DNA of 64,000 bases from Dehalococcoidia bacterium. Lineage in GTDB: Bacteria; Chloroflexota; Dehalococcoidia; Lucifugimonadales; UBA3495. Every line of letters starts with the position of its first letter. Within the stretch, counting starts at the first letter, position 1. Of the stretch, positions 42,896-53,611 are shown piece after piece. The notes beneath the pieces were generated by a model, which was not told the origin of the DNA, searched no databases, and saw only the letters and a program-made list of their open reading frames with translations. The translations under genes were made by a program, and so were the position numbers. The stretch lies in contig CBDESR010000005.1 in NCBI GenBank assembly GCA_965242615.1, forward strand, positions 646,854-710,853. The letters run 5' to 3'.

Positions 42896-42971
42896 AACCC
42901 CAAAGCCGAAACCTGCTCAACAACGGGACACTGCAACCGCGCCTGCATCAAAGGAATCGGAGAAACCGCTG

Positions 42972-43571
42972 ATGTCAAAAGCATTGAAAAGTCTTGCCCT
43001 TCCCCTGGCGATGGTCGCCGGCATTGTCATCGGGATGGCCGTACTGCCCCTGGTCACCGCCGACGGCCCCAAGCAGGCCGAACCGGCCGCCGGCCAGTGG
43101 ATTGACGAGGAATGTCATTACTACGCCGGCCGCCAACAATCCTACTGCCTGCCTTTGCCGGAAACCACGGCCCAAGCCGCGCCAACGCCGGAGGCAACGG
43201 CCGCCGCAACCCCGGCATCGCCCTTTGACCGGCCCATCGACCCTACGCTGACGCCGACGCCGTGGCCGACGCCCACCCTGGTGCCGGAGCAAATTGCCGA
43301 TTTGTCGCCGCCGGTGAGGGTGGGGGCCGTCGATTCCTTGGGCCGGGGAACTACCGTGGCCGAAGCCCAGGAATTGCTGGAGGGGGAATACTATCAGGAT
43401 ACCCTCACCAAGAACCGCCGCCGCGCCGCCGAAGTCTGCGCCAGCCGCACCGACGGCTTTACCAAACTTCCCGAGGATTACGCCTATAACCCGACCAAAT
43501 CCGCCACGCCCAGCCGCAACGGCGCGCACATCCAAATCAGCTTTTCCAAAATCCGCTGCGTCCTGCCTTAA
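42972..43571 (+). CDS. Hypothetical N-terminally anchored or secreted protein
   Basis: N-terminal TM/signal LALPLAMVAGIVIGMAVLPLV, then a Pro/Thr/Ala-rich linker. Confidence 0.45.
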   Translation: MSKALKSLALPLAMVAGIVIGMAVLPLVTADGPKQAEPAAGQWIDEECHYYAGRQQSYCLPLPETTAQAAPTPEATAAATPASPFDRPIDPTLTPTPWPTPTLVPEQIADLSPPVRVGAVDSLGRGTTVAEAQELLEGEYYQDTLTKNRRRAAEVCASRTDGFTKLPEDYAYNPTKSATPSRNGAHIQISFSKIRCVLP

Positions 43572-43684
43572 AAGCAGCCCGGGCCGCCGGCCGGCGGCGG
43601 GAGAAGCGGAACGAGTAGGAACAAGTAGAACAAACCGGGGCTGGGTTCAGCCCAGCTCGCAAATCCTTTCCGGAGAATTGACTT

Positions 43685-44437
43685 ATGGGAAAACTCGACA
43701 ACAAAGTAGCCCTGATTACCGGCTCCGGCCGCAACATCGGCCGTGCCACCGCCCTTAAATTCGCCTCCGAAGGCGCAGACCTCATCATCAACGCCCGCAG
43801 CAACCGGGAGGAAGCCGAGTCTGTCGCCGCCGAAGTCCGCGCCTTGGGCCGCCAAGCCTTGCCCATCCTGGCCGATGTTTCCGACCAAGCCCAAGTCGAC
43901 GTTATGGTACAGCAGGCTCTCGACCAGTTCGGCCGCATCGACATCCTGCTGAACAACGCCGCAATCCGCCCCCACAAGCCCTTTCTCGAGCTGACCCGCG
44001 CCGATTGGGAATATGTGCGCGGCGTGGTTCTGGATGGCGCTTTTTACTGCACCCAAGCCATCCTGCCGTCAATGGTTGCCAACAACTATGGTCGGGTGCT
44101 TTTCTTTACCGGGGATGGCGCGTGGGCCGGCGGGGCGCAGCGCGGCCATGTTTCCGCCGCCAAGATGGGGCTGGTCGGAATGGCCCGCAGCCTGGCTACC
44201 GAGTTCGCCCCGCATAATATCCGGGTCAATGTGGTATCCCCCGGCAGCATTGACACCAGCCGCGCCAACCCGGAATGGTATCCGCAAAACCGGCCGCCCA
44301 ACGCCGCCGGCATCCCCTTGGGACGACAGGGGCAAACCGACGAAATCGCCGCCGCCTGCTTGTTCCTGGTCAGCGATGACGGCGGCTTTATTACCGGCCA
44401 AACCCTGCACGTGAACGGCGGGGCGGCTTTTTTCTAA
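43685..44437 (+). CDS. SDR-family oxidoreductase (FabG-like)
   Basis: TGSGRNIGRA cofactor motif, NNAA, and S..Y...K-type catalytic residues (SAAKMG). Confidence 0.8.
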   Translation: MGKLDNKVALITGSGRNIGRATALKFASEGADLIINARSNREEAESVAAEVRALGRQALPILADVSDQAQVDVMVQQALDQFGRIDILLNNAAIRPHKPFLELTRADWEYVRGVVLDGAFYCTQAILPSMVANNYGRVLFFTGDGAWAGGAQRGHVSAAKMGLVGMARSLATEFAPHNIRVNVVSPGSIDTSRANPEWYPQNRPPNAAGIPLGRQGQTDEIAAACLFLVSDDGGFITGQTLHVNGGAAFF

Positions 44438-44468
44438 AACCCCGCCGTGGGGCCAGCGCATATTAAAA

Positions 44469-44498
44469 CCGTCATTCCTGTCGGCGCGGGAATGACGG
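44469..44498. repeat. GTCATTCC..GGAATGAC palindromic repeat, minimal hairpin form
   Basis: CCGTCATTCC-TGTCGGCGCG-GGAATGACGG, 31 nt after the SDR gene stop. Confidence 0.8.
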
Positions 44499-44572
44499 TA
44501 AGAATGAGATTAAGCGGCTTTGCCGGGTATATGCAACAGTCCTGCCCCGGAAAGCGCCAAACCCTGATACGA

Positions 44573-45661
44573 TTAAGGCTCCAAAGCCACCCACTCTACT
44601 CCGCTCCAGTCCAACCCTTCATCGTAACGCTGCCCGGCCGCTAAAGCCCGGTTCGCCGTCCCGCCCCATTCGCCCAGCAACTCCGCATTACGCCTGGCCC
44701 GGTCCAAATCCCGTTGCGCCACCGTCCACGAAATTTCGACCGCGCAGTGCAACGCAACGCCGTCAGCATCCTGGGCCGCAAAAACCAGGTCGGCGTCCAC
44801 AAAACTCCTCCGGTTCGCCCGCTCCAGTCCGAGGTCTCTGGAAATGGCGAGTAAGTCACCAGGGGATAGCCGACGCGGTTCCTCCAGGTCAAGCATAACG
44901 CAGATGACAGCCATAGTCCGCTCCGCCCGGGATTCGGCGTAGTACCCTTTAATTCCTCCCATATCCCCTTCCATACGATTCATTCGGATAGTCTGAATTT
45001 CGGCAGTGCGGCGCAACTCTACAAATTGGGCCGTATGCCCTTCCAACAGAGCCGTATGGCCCTCAACAATGCGGCGCAACTCTACAAACTGCGCCGTATG
45101 TTCCTCCAGTTGCCGGGTATGCCCTTCCAACAGAGCCGTATGGCCCTCAACAATGCGGCGCAACTCTACAAACTGCGCCGTATGTTCCTCCAGTTGGCGG
45201 GTATGCCCTTCCAACAGAGCCGTATGGCCCTCAACAATGCGGCGCAACTCTACAAACTGCGCCGTATGCTCCTCCAGCTGGCGGGTATGCCCTTCCAACA
45301 GAGCCGTATGGCCCTCAACAATGCGGCGCAACTCTACAAACTGCGCCGTATGCTCCTCCAGCTGGCGGGTATGCCCCGCCAACTGCGCCGTATGCTCCTC
45401 GGCGATGCGCCGCAGTTCCGCCAACTGCGCCGTGTTTTCCGTAGTTATGCGGACCAGTTCGGCCAACTGCTCCCGATGCACATCCTGACCTTGCTGGAGC
45501 GCCGCCACATAGCCGGTCAATTCGGCCAACTGCTCCGGGAGCCGCAGCAGCTTCTCTCCCAGCAGCCGGTTCCGCAGTGCCGCCTCCCATTGGGGGGATT
45601 GGTCGAGCAGACGGTACAAATCCGCAATATCATTGATAATTATCGGCGCCGGCTGCGTCAT
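44573..45661 (-). CDS. Coiled-coil protein with 28-aa tandem repeats and a C-terminal nuclease-fold-like domain (362 aa)
   Basis: LEEHTAQFVELRRIVEGHTALLEGHTRQ occurs about 4 times. The C-terminus ..VDADLVFAAQDADGVALHCAVEISWTV..RDLDRARRNAELL resembles small PD-(D/E)xK-like domains. Family uncertain. Confidence 0.55.
   Translation of the reverse strand: MTQPAPIIINDIADLYRLLDQSPQWEAALRNRLLGEKLLRLPEQLAELTGYVAALQQGQDVHREQLAELVRITTENTAQLAELRRIAEEHTAQLAGHTRQLEEHTAQFVELRRIVEGHTALLEGHTRQLEEHTAQFVELRRIVEGHTALLEGHTRQLEEHTAQFVELRRIVEGHTALLEGHTRQLEEHTAQFVELRRIVEGHTALLEGHTAQFVELRRTAEIQTIRMNRMEGDMGGIKGYYAESRAERTMAVICVMLDLEEPRRLSPGDLLAISRDLGLERANRRSFVDADLVFAAQDADGVALHCAVEISWTVAQRDLDRARRNAELLGEWGGTANRALAAGQRYDEGLDWSGVEWVALEP
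45007..45376. repeat. 84-bp near-perfect tandem repeat array (one 63-bp unit, three full units, one partial)
   Basis: Unit starts at 45007, 45070, 45154, 45238 and 45322. Units differ by 1-3 nt. Confidence 0.9.
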
Positions 45662-45889
45662 CCCTTTCTCCCTCTCCGGTCATCCTCCGGACTAGCTATG
45701 GTCATTATAACCCGTCAGCCGCCCTTTGTCACGAAAACTTACCCGCCAAAATCCAAAACCCGCCGACCCGGCGTAAATCAATTTGGCAAAACCCCTTTGC
45801 ATTTTTCCCTGTCTTGTATTACTATATAAACCGTTGACACCGCAAAACCGCCCGCCGCCAATCCGCGCCCACTCCAACAAGAGGATATT

Positions 45890-47902
45890 ATGGGAAACAG
45901 TCGCTGGCTGCGTAACAGTCTGGTCTATCTGCTCATCATCGTCGGGGTGATTGTCATTTTCTACACCCTGATTCCCGCCTTTGGCGACAGCAACGACCTG
46001 CCCCTTACCGAAGTGGTCGCCAAAGCCCAAAACCGCGAAGTCAGCGAAATCATCGTTGACGGCGACAAACTTACCGTCATTCCCCAGGTCACCGGCGGCG
46101 CCGAAGGCGTCCAGTTCACCAGCCGCATCAGCGGCCGCACCGACCTGATGCAGCTGTTGGCGGAGAATGATGTCGAAACCGGCCCGGCTGGCGTGCAGGT
46201 GACTTTCAAGGGATCCGGCGGCCTCGGCAGCTTCCTCGGCTTGCTGCTCAACTTCCTGCCGCTCATCTTTTTCGGCGGCCTCATCCTCTTTATGATGCGC
46301 CAAGCCCAAGGCAGCAACAGCCAGACTATGAGCTTCGGCCGCAGCCGCGCCCGGATGCTGCCTTTCAACCGGCCCACCGTTACCTTTTCCGATGTGGCTG
46401 GCGTGGATGAAGCCAAAACCGAACTCGAGGAAGTGGTGGACTTCCTCAAATACCCGGAACGCTTCCTTTCCTTGGGGGCGCGCATTCCCAAGGGCGTACT
46501 GCTGGTCGGGCAGCCCGGCACCGGCAAAACTTTGTTGGCCCGGGCCGTAGCCGGGGAAGCCGGCGTACCCTTTTTCCATATCAGCGGCAGCGAATTTGTT
46601 GAAATGTTTGTCGGCGTTGGTGCGGCCCGCGTCCGCGACTTGTTCGACCAGGCTAAGCGCAACGCCCCCTGCATCGTCTTTGTTGACGAAATCGACGCCG
46701 TGGGCCGGCACCGCGGCGCCGGCTTGGGCGGCGGCCACGACGAGCGGGAACAAACCCTGAACCAGATTCTGGTCGAAATGGACGGCTTCGAGACCAACAC
46801 CAACATTATCGTCATTGCCGCCACTAACCGCCCGGACATCCTCGACCCGGCTCTGCTCCGGCCCGGCCGCTTCGACCGCCGGGTTACCCTTGACCTGCCG
46901 GATGTGGTCGGCCGCCAAGCCATTCTGAAAGTCCACGCCGCCGGCAAGCCCCTGGCCCCGGAAATCACCCTCGACACCTTGGCCAAGGAAACCCCCGGCT
47001 TCAGCGGCGCTGACCTGTCCAACTTGATTAACGAAGCCGCCCTCCTGGCCGCCCGCAAGAACAGCAAGAGCATCGCGATGCCCGATTTCGAGGAAGCCGT
47101 CGAGCGGGTTATCGCCGGCCCGGAACGCAAGAGCCGGGTCATCAGCAGCCGGGAAAAGGAAATGACCGCCTACCACGAAGCCGGCCACGCCTTGGTCGCC
47201 TGGTCCCTGCCCCACGCCGACCGGGTGCATAAAATTTCCATCATCTCCCGGGGCAATATGGGCGGCCACACCACCCTGCTGCCGGAGGAGGACCGTTACC
47301 TCTGGACCAAAAACCAGTTCCTCGATATGATGGCCGTTACTATGGGCGGCCGCGTTGCCGAGGAGCAAATCTTTGACGAAGTAACCACCGGCGCCAGCAA
47401 CGACCTGGAGCGCGCTACCAAAATCGCCCTCAGTATGATTAAACGCTACGGGATGAGCGAGGAACTGGGGCCGCGCACCTTTGGCAAGCGGGAGGAACTG
47501 GTTTTCCTCGGCCGGGAAATCAGCGAGGAACGCGACTATGGCGACAAGGTAGCCGAGGAAATTGACGCCGAGGTCAAAGACCTGGTCAAGAACGCCTACC
47601 GCCAAGCCAGCCAAATCCTCACCGACCACCAGCCCAAACTGGTGCGGATTGCCGAGTATCTGATTGAACACGAGGCCGTCTCCGGAGAGGAACTGAACCG
47701 CCTGTTCAATGCCGATGAAAGTGACCCGGAACCGGGTGGCGGCGTTGCCCCGGAACCCGGCAGCTCTCCCGGCGCGGCTCCGGAACCGCCGCCCTACGCG
47801 CCCAAGCCGGAGCCGACTCCGCCCTACGCCCCGCAGCCGGCGCCTACCCTGTCGAGCCAAACCGTCAATCCCGACTTGGGCGCGGTCAGCGGCGACAACT
47901 AG
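45890..47902 (+). CDS. ftsH: ATP-dependent zinc metalloprotease FtsH
   Basis: Walker [19 protein letters not shown], Walker [12 protein letters not shown], and HEAGH zinc site. Confidence 0.95.
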   Translation: MGNSRWLRNSLVYLLIIVGVIVIFYTLIPAFGDSNDLPLTEVVAKAQNREVSEIIVDGDKLTVIPQVTGGAEGVQFTSRISGRTDLMQLLAENDVETGPAGVQVTFKGSGGLGSFLGLLLNFLPLIFFGGLILFMMRQAQGSNSQTMSFGRSRARMLPFNRPTVTFSDVAGVDEAKTELEEVVDFLKYPERFLSLGARIPKGVLLVGQPGTGKTLLARAVAGEAGVPFFHISGSEFVEMFVGVGAARVRDLFDQAKRNAPCIVFVDEIDAVGRHRGAGLGGGHDEREQTLNQILVEMDGFETNTNIIVIAATNRPDILDPALLRPGRFDRRVTLDLPDVVGRQAILKVHAAGKPLAPEITLDTLAKETPGFSGADLSNLINEAALLAARKNSKSIAMPDFEEAVERVIAGPERKSRVISSREKEMTAYHEAGHALVAWSLPHADRVHKISIISRGNMGGHTTLLPEEDRYLWTKNQFLDMMAVTMGGRVAEEQIFDEVTTGASNDLERATKIALSMIKRYGMSEELGPRTFGKREELVFLGREISEERDYGDKVAEEIDAEVKDLVKNAYRQASQILTDHQPKLVRIAEYLIEHEAVSGEELNRLFNADESDPEPGGGVAPEPGSSPGAAPEPPPYAPKPEPTPPYAPQPAPTLSSQTVNPDLGAVSGDN

Positions 47903-47932
47903 CCCCGGCAAAAGCCGGGGCCAACCAACGAT

Positions 47933-48226
47933 TTGACACTGCTGAACTTTGCGGAGGTTTCCAAGCTGATGGCGGAGGGCGGACTGAGCATTAACCCCGG
48001 GGCGGAGCTGACGCGGATTGAAGCGGCCTGTCCGCACCAGAGGGGACTGCTCTATGTGGTGCCGGCCGAGCGCAGTTGGGTTTGCGCCGCCGCAGAAATG
48101 CCCGCCCACGCTTTAGCCGGGTTTTTTCGGGAACTGCTGGCTTTGGAGGATACCCGAGTCGCCGGGCTGATGCAGCAGTGGGGGCTGTATTACCGGAGTT
48201 TGCCCTTGGAAAGCGAGGATCCCTAG
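47933..48226 (+). CDS. Hypothetical protein (97 aa, TTG start)
   Basis: ORF only, 30 nt after ftsH. Confidence 0.3.
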   Translation: MTLLNFAEVSKLMAEGGLSINPGAELTRIEAACPHQRGLLYVVPAERSWVCAAAEMPAHALAGFFRELLALEDTRVAGLMQQWGLYYRSLPLESEDP

Positions 48227-48338
48227 CCCATCTTTTCCGACATTCCTGTATTCCCTTGCCCCGGCGGCAGAACCGGGTGAAACCTTTCTACTGTCTTACC
48301 AGCCGCCCGGCGGCTTCCCCGTCCTTTGCCTGATTGAC

Positions 48339-49169
48339 CTATTCCACCGCCCCATAGCGGGCCGGCTGTTCTATTACCCGCCCCTCCTCTTGCAGCTTTG
48401 CCAGATGCGTGCTGACATTGCGGGCCGCCGCCGGACGCAGGTTTTTCCGCAAATTGCGGGGATAGACCGCCGCCACCGTTTCCTCAACAGTAGCCGCCCC
48501 CTTGTTCAGGGCGTCCAGTATTTGCCTTTCCCGTTCCTGCCGGTGTTCCAAATACCAACGGATGCGGGCCGCCCCGTCATAAACCGTCGGGCCATGCCCC
48601 GGGCAGATAATCGCTGGTTTCTGCCGCGCCATCAGTTCCAGCGACGCCATATACTGCTTCAAGTTGCGGACGCTAGACGAGGAACGCCCCAGAATGTTAT
48701 CGCCGCTGAACAGCACATCGTCAGCTTTCAGATGGTAGCAAATATGATCCTCCTCATGCCCCGGCGTAAAAAGGGCGCGCAGGCTTGCGCCACCGCCCGC
48801 CGGGATGATTTCCCGGGAGCGCAGCGGCACTACGCACTCCGGGCCCAGCCGTTCCGCCAAAGCCGGCGCCAATTTGGGATGACAGCGCACCGGACAGTCG
48901 AACGCCGCTTGCAGCCGGTCCAGGCCGCCGATATGGTCGCCGTGGCCGTGGGTAATCAGAATGGCCGCCATCCGCGGCCGCCCCAATTCCCGGTGATAAT
49001 CCAGTATCTGCCGCGTCCAGGAGCGGTAAGGTTCCCCGGTGTCGATCAGAACCATCCCCTCCGCCGGGTCGCCGACAAAGTAAATCTGCGTGCCACCGGG
49101 GTGCATCGCCCCGAAAGTTCTGGGATTTTCCGCAATGTGCGTACTGAAAACATAGCGGGTAATCTGCAT
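48339..49169 (-). CDS. MBL-fold metallo-hydrolase with C-terminal winged-helix-like tail
   Basis: ILITHGHGDHIGG (HxHxDH motif), TPGHEEDH. Confidence 0.8.
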   Translation of the reverse strand: MQITRYVFSTHIAENPRTFGAMHPGGTQIYFVGDPAEGMVLIDTGEPYRSWTRQILDYHRELGRPRMAAILITHGHGDHIGGLDRLQAAFDCPVRCHPKLAPALAERLGPECVVPLRSREIIPAGGGASLRALFTPGHEEDHICYHLKADDVLFSGDNILGRSSSSVRNLKQYMASLELMARQKPAIICPGHGPTVYDGAARIRWYLEHRQERERQILDALNKGAATVEETVAAVYPRNLRKNLRPAAARNVSTHLAKLQEEGRVIEQPARYGAVE

Positions 49170-49226
49170 TAGGTTAAACCTCCCGGCGCGGTTTTAGCGG
49201 GCATTATACAACGGGCGGCGGCCTTT

Positions 49227-51218
49227 CTATTCCAGTGTCAAAGTGGTTTCCCAAGTCGAGCCGCCCTTGGTGAACTGACCGGTTTTCAATTCGGCTATGG
49301 GATAATCCGGCAAAGGGACGCTTGCCATACATTTGCCATCAAAGGCCGCTCCGTTGCCCCCAAAGTTAAAATCCCGGTTGTCAAATCCAACCGTCTGCCC
49401 GCCTGCCGGCAAATCAGCCCCGTCTTGCGGGCTAATGTGCAGCCAGAACCGGGCCGCCGTATCCCCAACGCCGCACCGTTCCCGGATGTAGTGCAGTTTA
49501 TCATCCTGTAAATACAGGTCAAAGTAAGCGCGGCCCGCCGCTTGACCGGCAGTAACGGCCGCATACTGCCGCCGGTAATCCGCCCGGGCTTGAGCCACCC
49601 GCGCCACTAGCGGATTGTCGCCGGTCGTCAAATAAAGACCCCAACAGGCATCCCCGGCGTAGCGTTCCATCCGCCCCTGCTCCTGCCAGCCAGTCAACTG
49701 TCCGACCAGCGGTTTTCCGCAGCTGCCCAGAAACACCAGCCAGATACGGTCGGTGTCCGCCGGATGAATTAAGGCAGTGTCCACAATGTCTTGTAGCCGT
49801 TGGGCGGCGGTAAGGTTGGCATCCGGATGGCCGTAGTGATAGTTAGCCGGCTTCTCCGGCCGGTAAAACTTGACCGACGGTATCGCCCCCTCGGAAATAT
49901 ACACCAGATCCTCAGCCTGAACTTGAGCGTCCAAGGTGTCGAACAAGACACGGATGTGGGTTCTTACTCCTAGCCTAGGATCCTTATCCTGCCAGGGATT
50001 TGCCGCGACCAGAGCGGCAATGCCGGCCGCCGCCGTCAACCCGGCCAAGGCGGTCAGCAGCGCCGGTTGCAGCCACTTCCGCCGGAACTGCGCCGCCAAC
50101 TCCCCAATACCCCAATGCAAGGCAAAGCCGGCGGTAACAAAGAGAATTGGCGTCAGGTAAGATGCCCGGATTGTTGCCCCAAAAGGATAAAGACGCAGCA
50201 CGGCGGCGACCATGGCGATAATCAGGGCGCACACCAACAGCGCCGGCAAGGGATGAAATTGACCCCGGCGGAAAGCCAAGATTGTATGCAATAGTAGCAC
50301 CGCCCCGGCCAACAGCGCCACGCCATCCGGCAGCGGCCACCGCAGAAAATCCCCGGTGCGGGTTATCACAAATTGCAGCAAAGCCGCCGGGTCGTAAAAC
50401 TCCCCGCCATAGTAAAAGGGCTGCAAATAGGCAATGACCCGCCCCTGCTCCTCCAAATGAAAGCGCAAGGTCAGCCAGTAAGTAGCCAGACAGCCGACTA
50501 GAAACGCTATAACCGGCCCCAGCAAAGCCCGCCGCCGCTGCCAATAGCGGCGGATTCGGTAGCGCAAATCCGGCGGCTCATTCCCCTCCCGTTCAACCAT
50601 TTCAGCATTGCCGGCATCGCCCGCCCGCCCGGTCAAAGCAGCGGCCAGTACCGCCGCGCCGAAAAGAACCAGGGCATAATGGGTTAAGGGCGACAGCAGC
50701 AGCCCAATGCTCAGCAGGACTATCTTGCCGGTTTGCCGATACTGAAACCAGCCGGCAATCAGCAATACCGCCAGCAAAGCGTCGAGGGAATAAAGCCGGG
50801 CGTTCTGTCCTTCCCCGATGGCGGCGGGGAACAGCGCAGCCAACAGCGCCGCCAGCAAAGCCGCCCCCCGGGGCAGTCCCCAGCGCGGCAGCAGAAACAG
50901 CATTACCCCAATGGTCAGAACGCTGGCCAAGACCGAAGGCAGCCGCACCGCCAGCGGCGAAAGGTCGATGCGCTGTACGCCGTTCAGCAGCAGGGGATTC
51001 AGGATGGGGTGGACATCGCCGTGCCGGATGGCGTTGACCATTTCCCATGGCGTACCGCCGGCCATATACACAATGTTGGCTTCGTCGAACCAGAGGGTAT
51101 TTCCCGGCAGGTTGTAGCAGCGCAACGCGGCCGCCACGATAAGCAGTCCCACCGCCGCCCCGTAATACCAATGGCCGCCCCAGATGCAGCGCGGCCTAAG
51201 GCGCAATTCCGTATCCAC
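49227..51218 (-). CDS. GT39/ArnT-like membrane glycosyltransferase, paralogue with one C-terminal repeat domain (663 aa)
   Basis: LRCYNLPGNTLWFDEA, polytopic. C-terminus YFDLYLQDDKLHYIRERCGVGDTAARFWLHISP..DLP...GFDNRDFNF..NGAAFDGKCMASVPLPDYPIA. Confidence 0.7.
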   Translation of the reverse strand: MDTELRLRPRCIWGGHWYYGAAVGLLIVAAALRCYNLPGNTLWFDEANIVYMAGGTPWEMVNAIRHGDVHPILNPLLLNGVQRIDLSPLAVRLPSVLASVLTIGVMLFLLPRWGLPRGAALLAALLAALFPAAIGEGQNARLYSLDALLAVLLIAGWFQYRQTGKIVLLSIGLLLSPLTHYALVLFGAAVLAAALTGRAGDAGNAEMVEREGNEPPDLRYRIRRYWQRRRALLGPVIAFLVGCLATYWLTLRFHLEEQGRVIAYLQPFYYGGEFYDPAALLQFVITRTGDFLRWPLPDGVALLAGAVLLLHTILAFRRGQFHPLPALLVCALIIAMVAAVLRLYPFGATIRASYLTPILFVTAGFALHWGIGELAAQFRRKWLQPALLTALAGLTAAAGIAALVAANPWQDKDPRLGVRTHIRVLFDTLDAQVQAEDLVYISEGAIPSVKFYRPEKPANYHYGHPDANLTAAQRLQDIVDTALIHPADTDRIWLVFLGSCGKPLVGQLTGWQEQGRMERYAGDACWGLYLTTGDNPLVARVAQARADYRRQYAAVTAGQAAGRAYFDLYLQDDKLHYIRERCGVGDTAARFWLHISPQDGADLPAGGQTVGFDNRDFNFGGNGAAFDGKCMASVPLPDYPIAELKTGQFTKGGSTWETTLTLE

Positions 51219-51253
51219 CTGCGTAACTGCTTAACCTGGGCTGGAGCCGCCGC

Positions 51254-52519
51254 TTAGAAAAAGCGGCCCCGGATGCGGCCCCGGCGGTAGGCAAAGCGGG
51301 TCAGCAATGCAACGCCGCCCGCCAGCGCCGCGGCCGCCGCCAGGATTCCCGCCAGCAGCCAGGGTTGGAAGTTAAAGGCGGCGTCCACATAGGAAACAAC
51401 AATGCGGGCATCCGGCCGCCGGGCTTGGGGCGCGTCCGACTGGTTAATGGCTTCCCGCAATTCCCGATAGGTCAACCGCCCCTGGTCGGTAACAAAAGCC
51501 GTAGTGCGGTCAAAGTCTTGGGCATAGACCCGAAAAGTTACCTCCGCCCGCTCCCCCCGTTCCGAAGTGGATAAATAAACTTCGTCGATTTCCCCCTCCA
51601 GCCCGGCGACAAAGGTTTTCAGTTGGGCCACCCGGTCGGCTACATTGGAAACGCCCAAGGTAAAGTTGGCAATGGGCGGGTTGGCGGGCAAGGAGCCGGG
51701 CGGTAGCAGGGTCAAGTGAATCGATGCCAAGTCCACCTGCCGCTCCAGGAAGTTCAACTGCCCCTGCAACCGCTCCACTTCGGCGCGCACCCGGGCCAAC
51801 TCCCGCTCCACCGACAAAATCTCCGCTACGCTGCTGCTCCGCCCCAGCAAGTTCAGCAGGCTCTGCTCCTCCCGCTCCGCGCTTTTTAATCGGGCGGACA
51901 AGTCAATGTAACGCTCGGTAACATCCTCCCGGCCCAAGGTTCGGGACTGAACTTCGCCCAGGGCTTCGATGCGCTCCAACGCCGGAAAAAACTGCGGCTG
52001 CGGAACGCGGATTGTCAAATCAGCCCGGGGCGCTTGGGCGCCGCCGGAACTGGATAACTGCGCCACGAACCCGCCCAAGTTTTCCGCAATGCCCCGGGCC
52101 AAATCTGTCGCCCGCTCCACCGAATCGGCTTCGACCGTCAGGGTTGCCGTAGCGATGATTTTACGGTCAATGGCTTGGCTGGTTTCCCGGCTGCTGCCTT
52201 GACGGCCGCCATCGCCGCTATCCGCCGCCATCGTTTCGACCATCGCGGCGGCCGGCATCGCCGCTGGAGTCGACATCGCGGCGGTGTCGGCGTCAAAGAA
52301 ATCGCCGCCCCCGGCGTCATCCCGCGCCATCGCCGCCTGCGGCATCACAGCCGAACCGTCGACCCCGCCAAACTCCTGCCCGATGATTTCCCTTTCCGCC
52401 GCGGCGTTAACTCCCCCTTCCGGGCCGCTCCTTTCCGCGGCCGCCCCGCAAGCCGCCGCCAGCAATATGCAAAGAGTGAAAGCCGCCGCCAGGAAAGCCG
52501 GAAGTTTTTGCATTGCCAT
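51254..52519 (-). CDS. DUF4349-domain lipoprotein with C-terminal TM anchor
   Basis: Lipobox LAAAC. LTIRVPQPQFFPALERIEALGEV.SR..G.EDVTERYIDLSARLKSAEREEQSLLNLL. Confidence 0.65.
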   Translation of the reverse strand: MAMQKLPAFLAAAFTLCILLAAACGAAAERSGPEGGVNAAAEREIIGQEFGGVDGSAVMPQAAMARDDAGGGDFFDADTAAMSTPAAMPAAAMVETMAADSGDGGRQGSSRETSQAIDRKIIATATLTVEADSVERATDLARGIAENLGGFVAQLSSSGGAQAPRADLTIRVPQPQFFPALERIEALGEVQSRTLGREDVTERYIDLSARLKSAEREEQSLLNLLGRSSSVAEILSVERELARVRAEVERLQGQLNFLERQVDLASIHLTLLPPGSLPANPPIANFTLGVSNVADRVAQLKTFVAGLEGEIDEVYLSTSERGERAEVTFRVYAQDFDRTTAFVTDQGRLTYRELREAINQSDAPQARRPDARIVVSYVDAAFNFQPWLLAGILAAAAALAGGVALLTRFAYRRGRIRGRFF

Positions 52520-52796
52520 CGACTTGCTATCCGTCTTAAAGGGGATGAAAAATTGCCGTTCCCCGATTTTAGCAGGATTTTACTACAAAAGTAGATGGCG
52601 GCGGTATTAAAAAAATTCCCCCGGATGGCGGGAAATGGCGGCCGCGTCAACCGCTTCCCCGACCAGTAGCAGTAATGCTCTTGCTACTGTAACGACCCAA
52701 ACTGCCCAGTCCAGCCCGCATAAAGCCGCCGTTTGTATGTTGTATAATCCGGCAAATACCCGTACCATCTGCCCGTCGTCCCCCAAAAGTGATACA

Positions 52797-53498
52797 ATGA
52801 GAAAAGTCAAAGCCTTCCTGCAACGGCTGGGGGGCGCTTGGAAACTCCTGACCGCCACCCTCATCGGCATCCTATCCCTGGCCGCCAACGCTTGGCTGGT
52901 CTTGACCGTCAAAAACTGGAGCGGGCAGCACTGGTATAATCCGACCCTGGTTTTTTACCAAGGAGGTCTTGGCTTTATGAAGGGCTTGGCGGCTGCCGTG
53001 CTTGGTGTCGTGGGCAACTATTTTCTGCTTCGGGCGGCGGCGGCGTTTGTCGGGACGGTTCGTTATGGGGCGGAGTTTGGGGTTGGACCTGCGCTTTTCG
53101 CTTTTTCTTGGCAGCTGGGGGTCGCCTTGTTTTGCCTTTTTGGGGCTTGGTTGCTCTGGTCGGCCTGGCGGGAGGACCGGTTGGTTGGTGGTGGGAGGGG
53201 CTTTTCTATAGTGTTGGTGGTTGGGTTGGTTGGGTTGGGAGTGTTTGTGTTTGGTGACAGTGCGCTGAATATTTTGCGGTCGGAGCAGGCGAAGATTGAT
53301 GCCGCTGAGAAAAGGTGCTTGGATGATCATCAGCGGCGATATGGAGGATTGGGGTTGGGGTATAGGAGTTGGGAGGCTGCTTTAAAAAGTGATTTACCGT
53401 CCTGCGTCGAGTATCAGCGGATTCATTCTGAGCGGGTCCGTGAGCTGCAGCGGGGACAGCGGGAGCGGTGGCGTGAACAGCGGGAGCGTGATCGGTGA
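52797..53498 (+). CDS. Hypothetical membrane protein with Arg/Glu-rich tail
   Basis: I chose the internal ATG at 52797 (MRKVKAFLQRL). About 5 hydrophobic segments. TATAAT lies at about 52744. Confidence 0.45.
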   Translation: MRKVKAFLQRLGGAWKLLTATLIGILSLAANAWLVLTVKNWSGQHWYNPTLVFYQGGLGFMKGLAAAVLGVVGNYFLLRAAAAFVGTVRYGAEFGVGPALFAFSWQLGVALFCLFGAWLLWSAWREDRLVGGGRGFSIVLVVGLVGLGVFVFGDSALNILRSEQAKIDAAEKRCLDDHQRRYGGLGLGYRSWEAALKSDLPSCVEYQRIHSERVRELQRGQRERWREQRERDR

Positions 53499-53611
53499 GG
53501 ATTATGACAAAAGGAAAGTTGGCGCGGTGGTCGGTCATCGCCGCATATTGGCCGGCGTGGTCGGCGGTGGCGCTGTGGCTGGGGTTCACCTTCGGCTGGT
53601 AGGGGCGGGTT

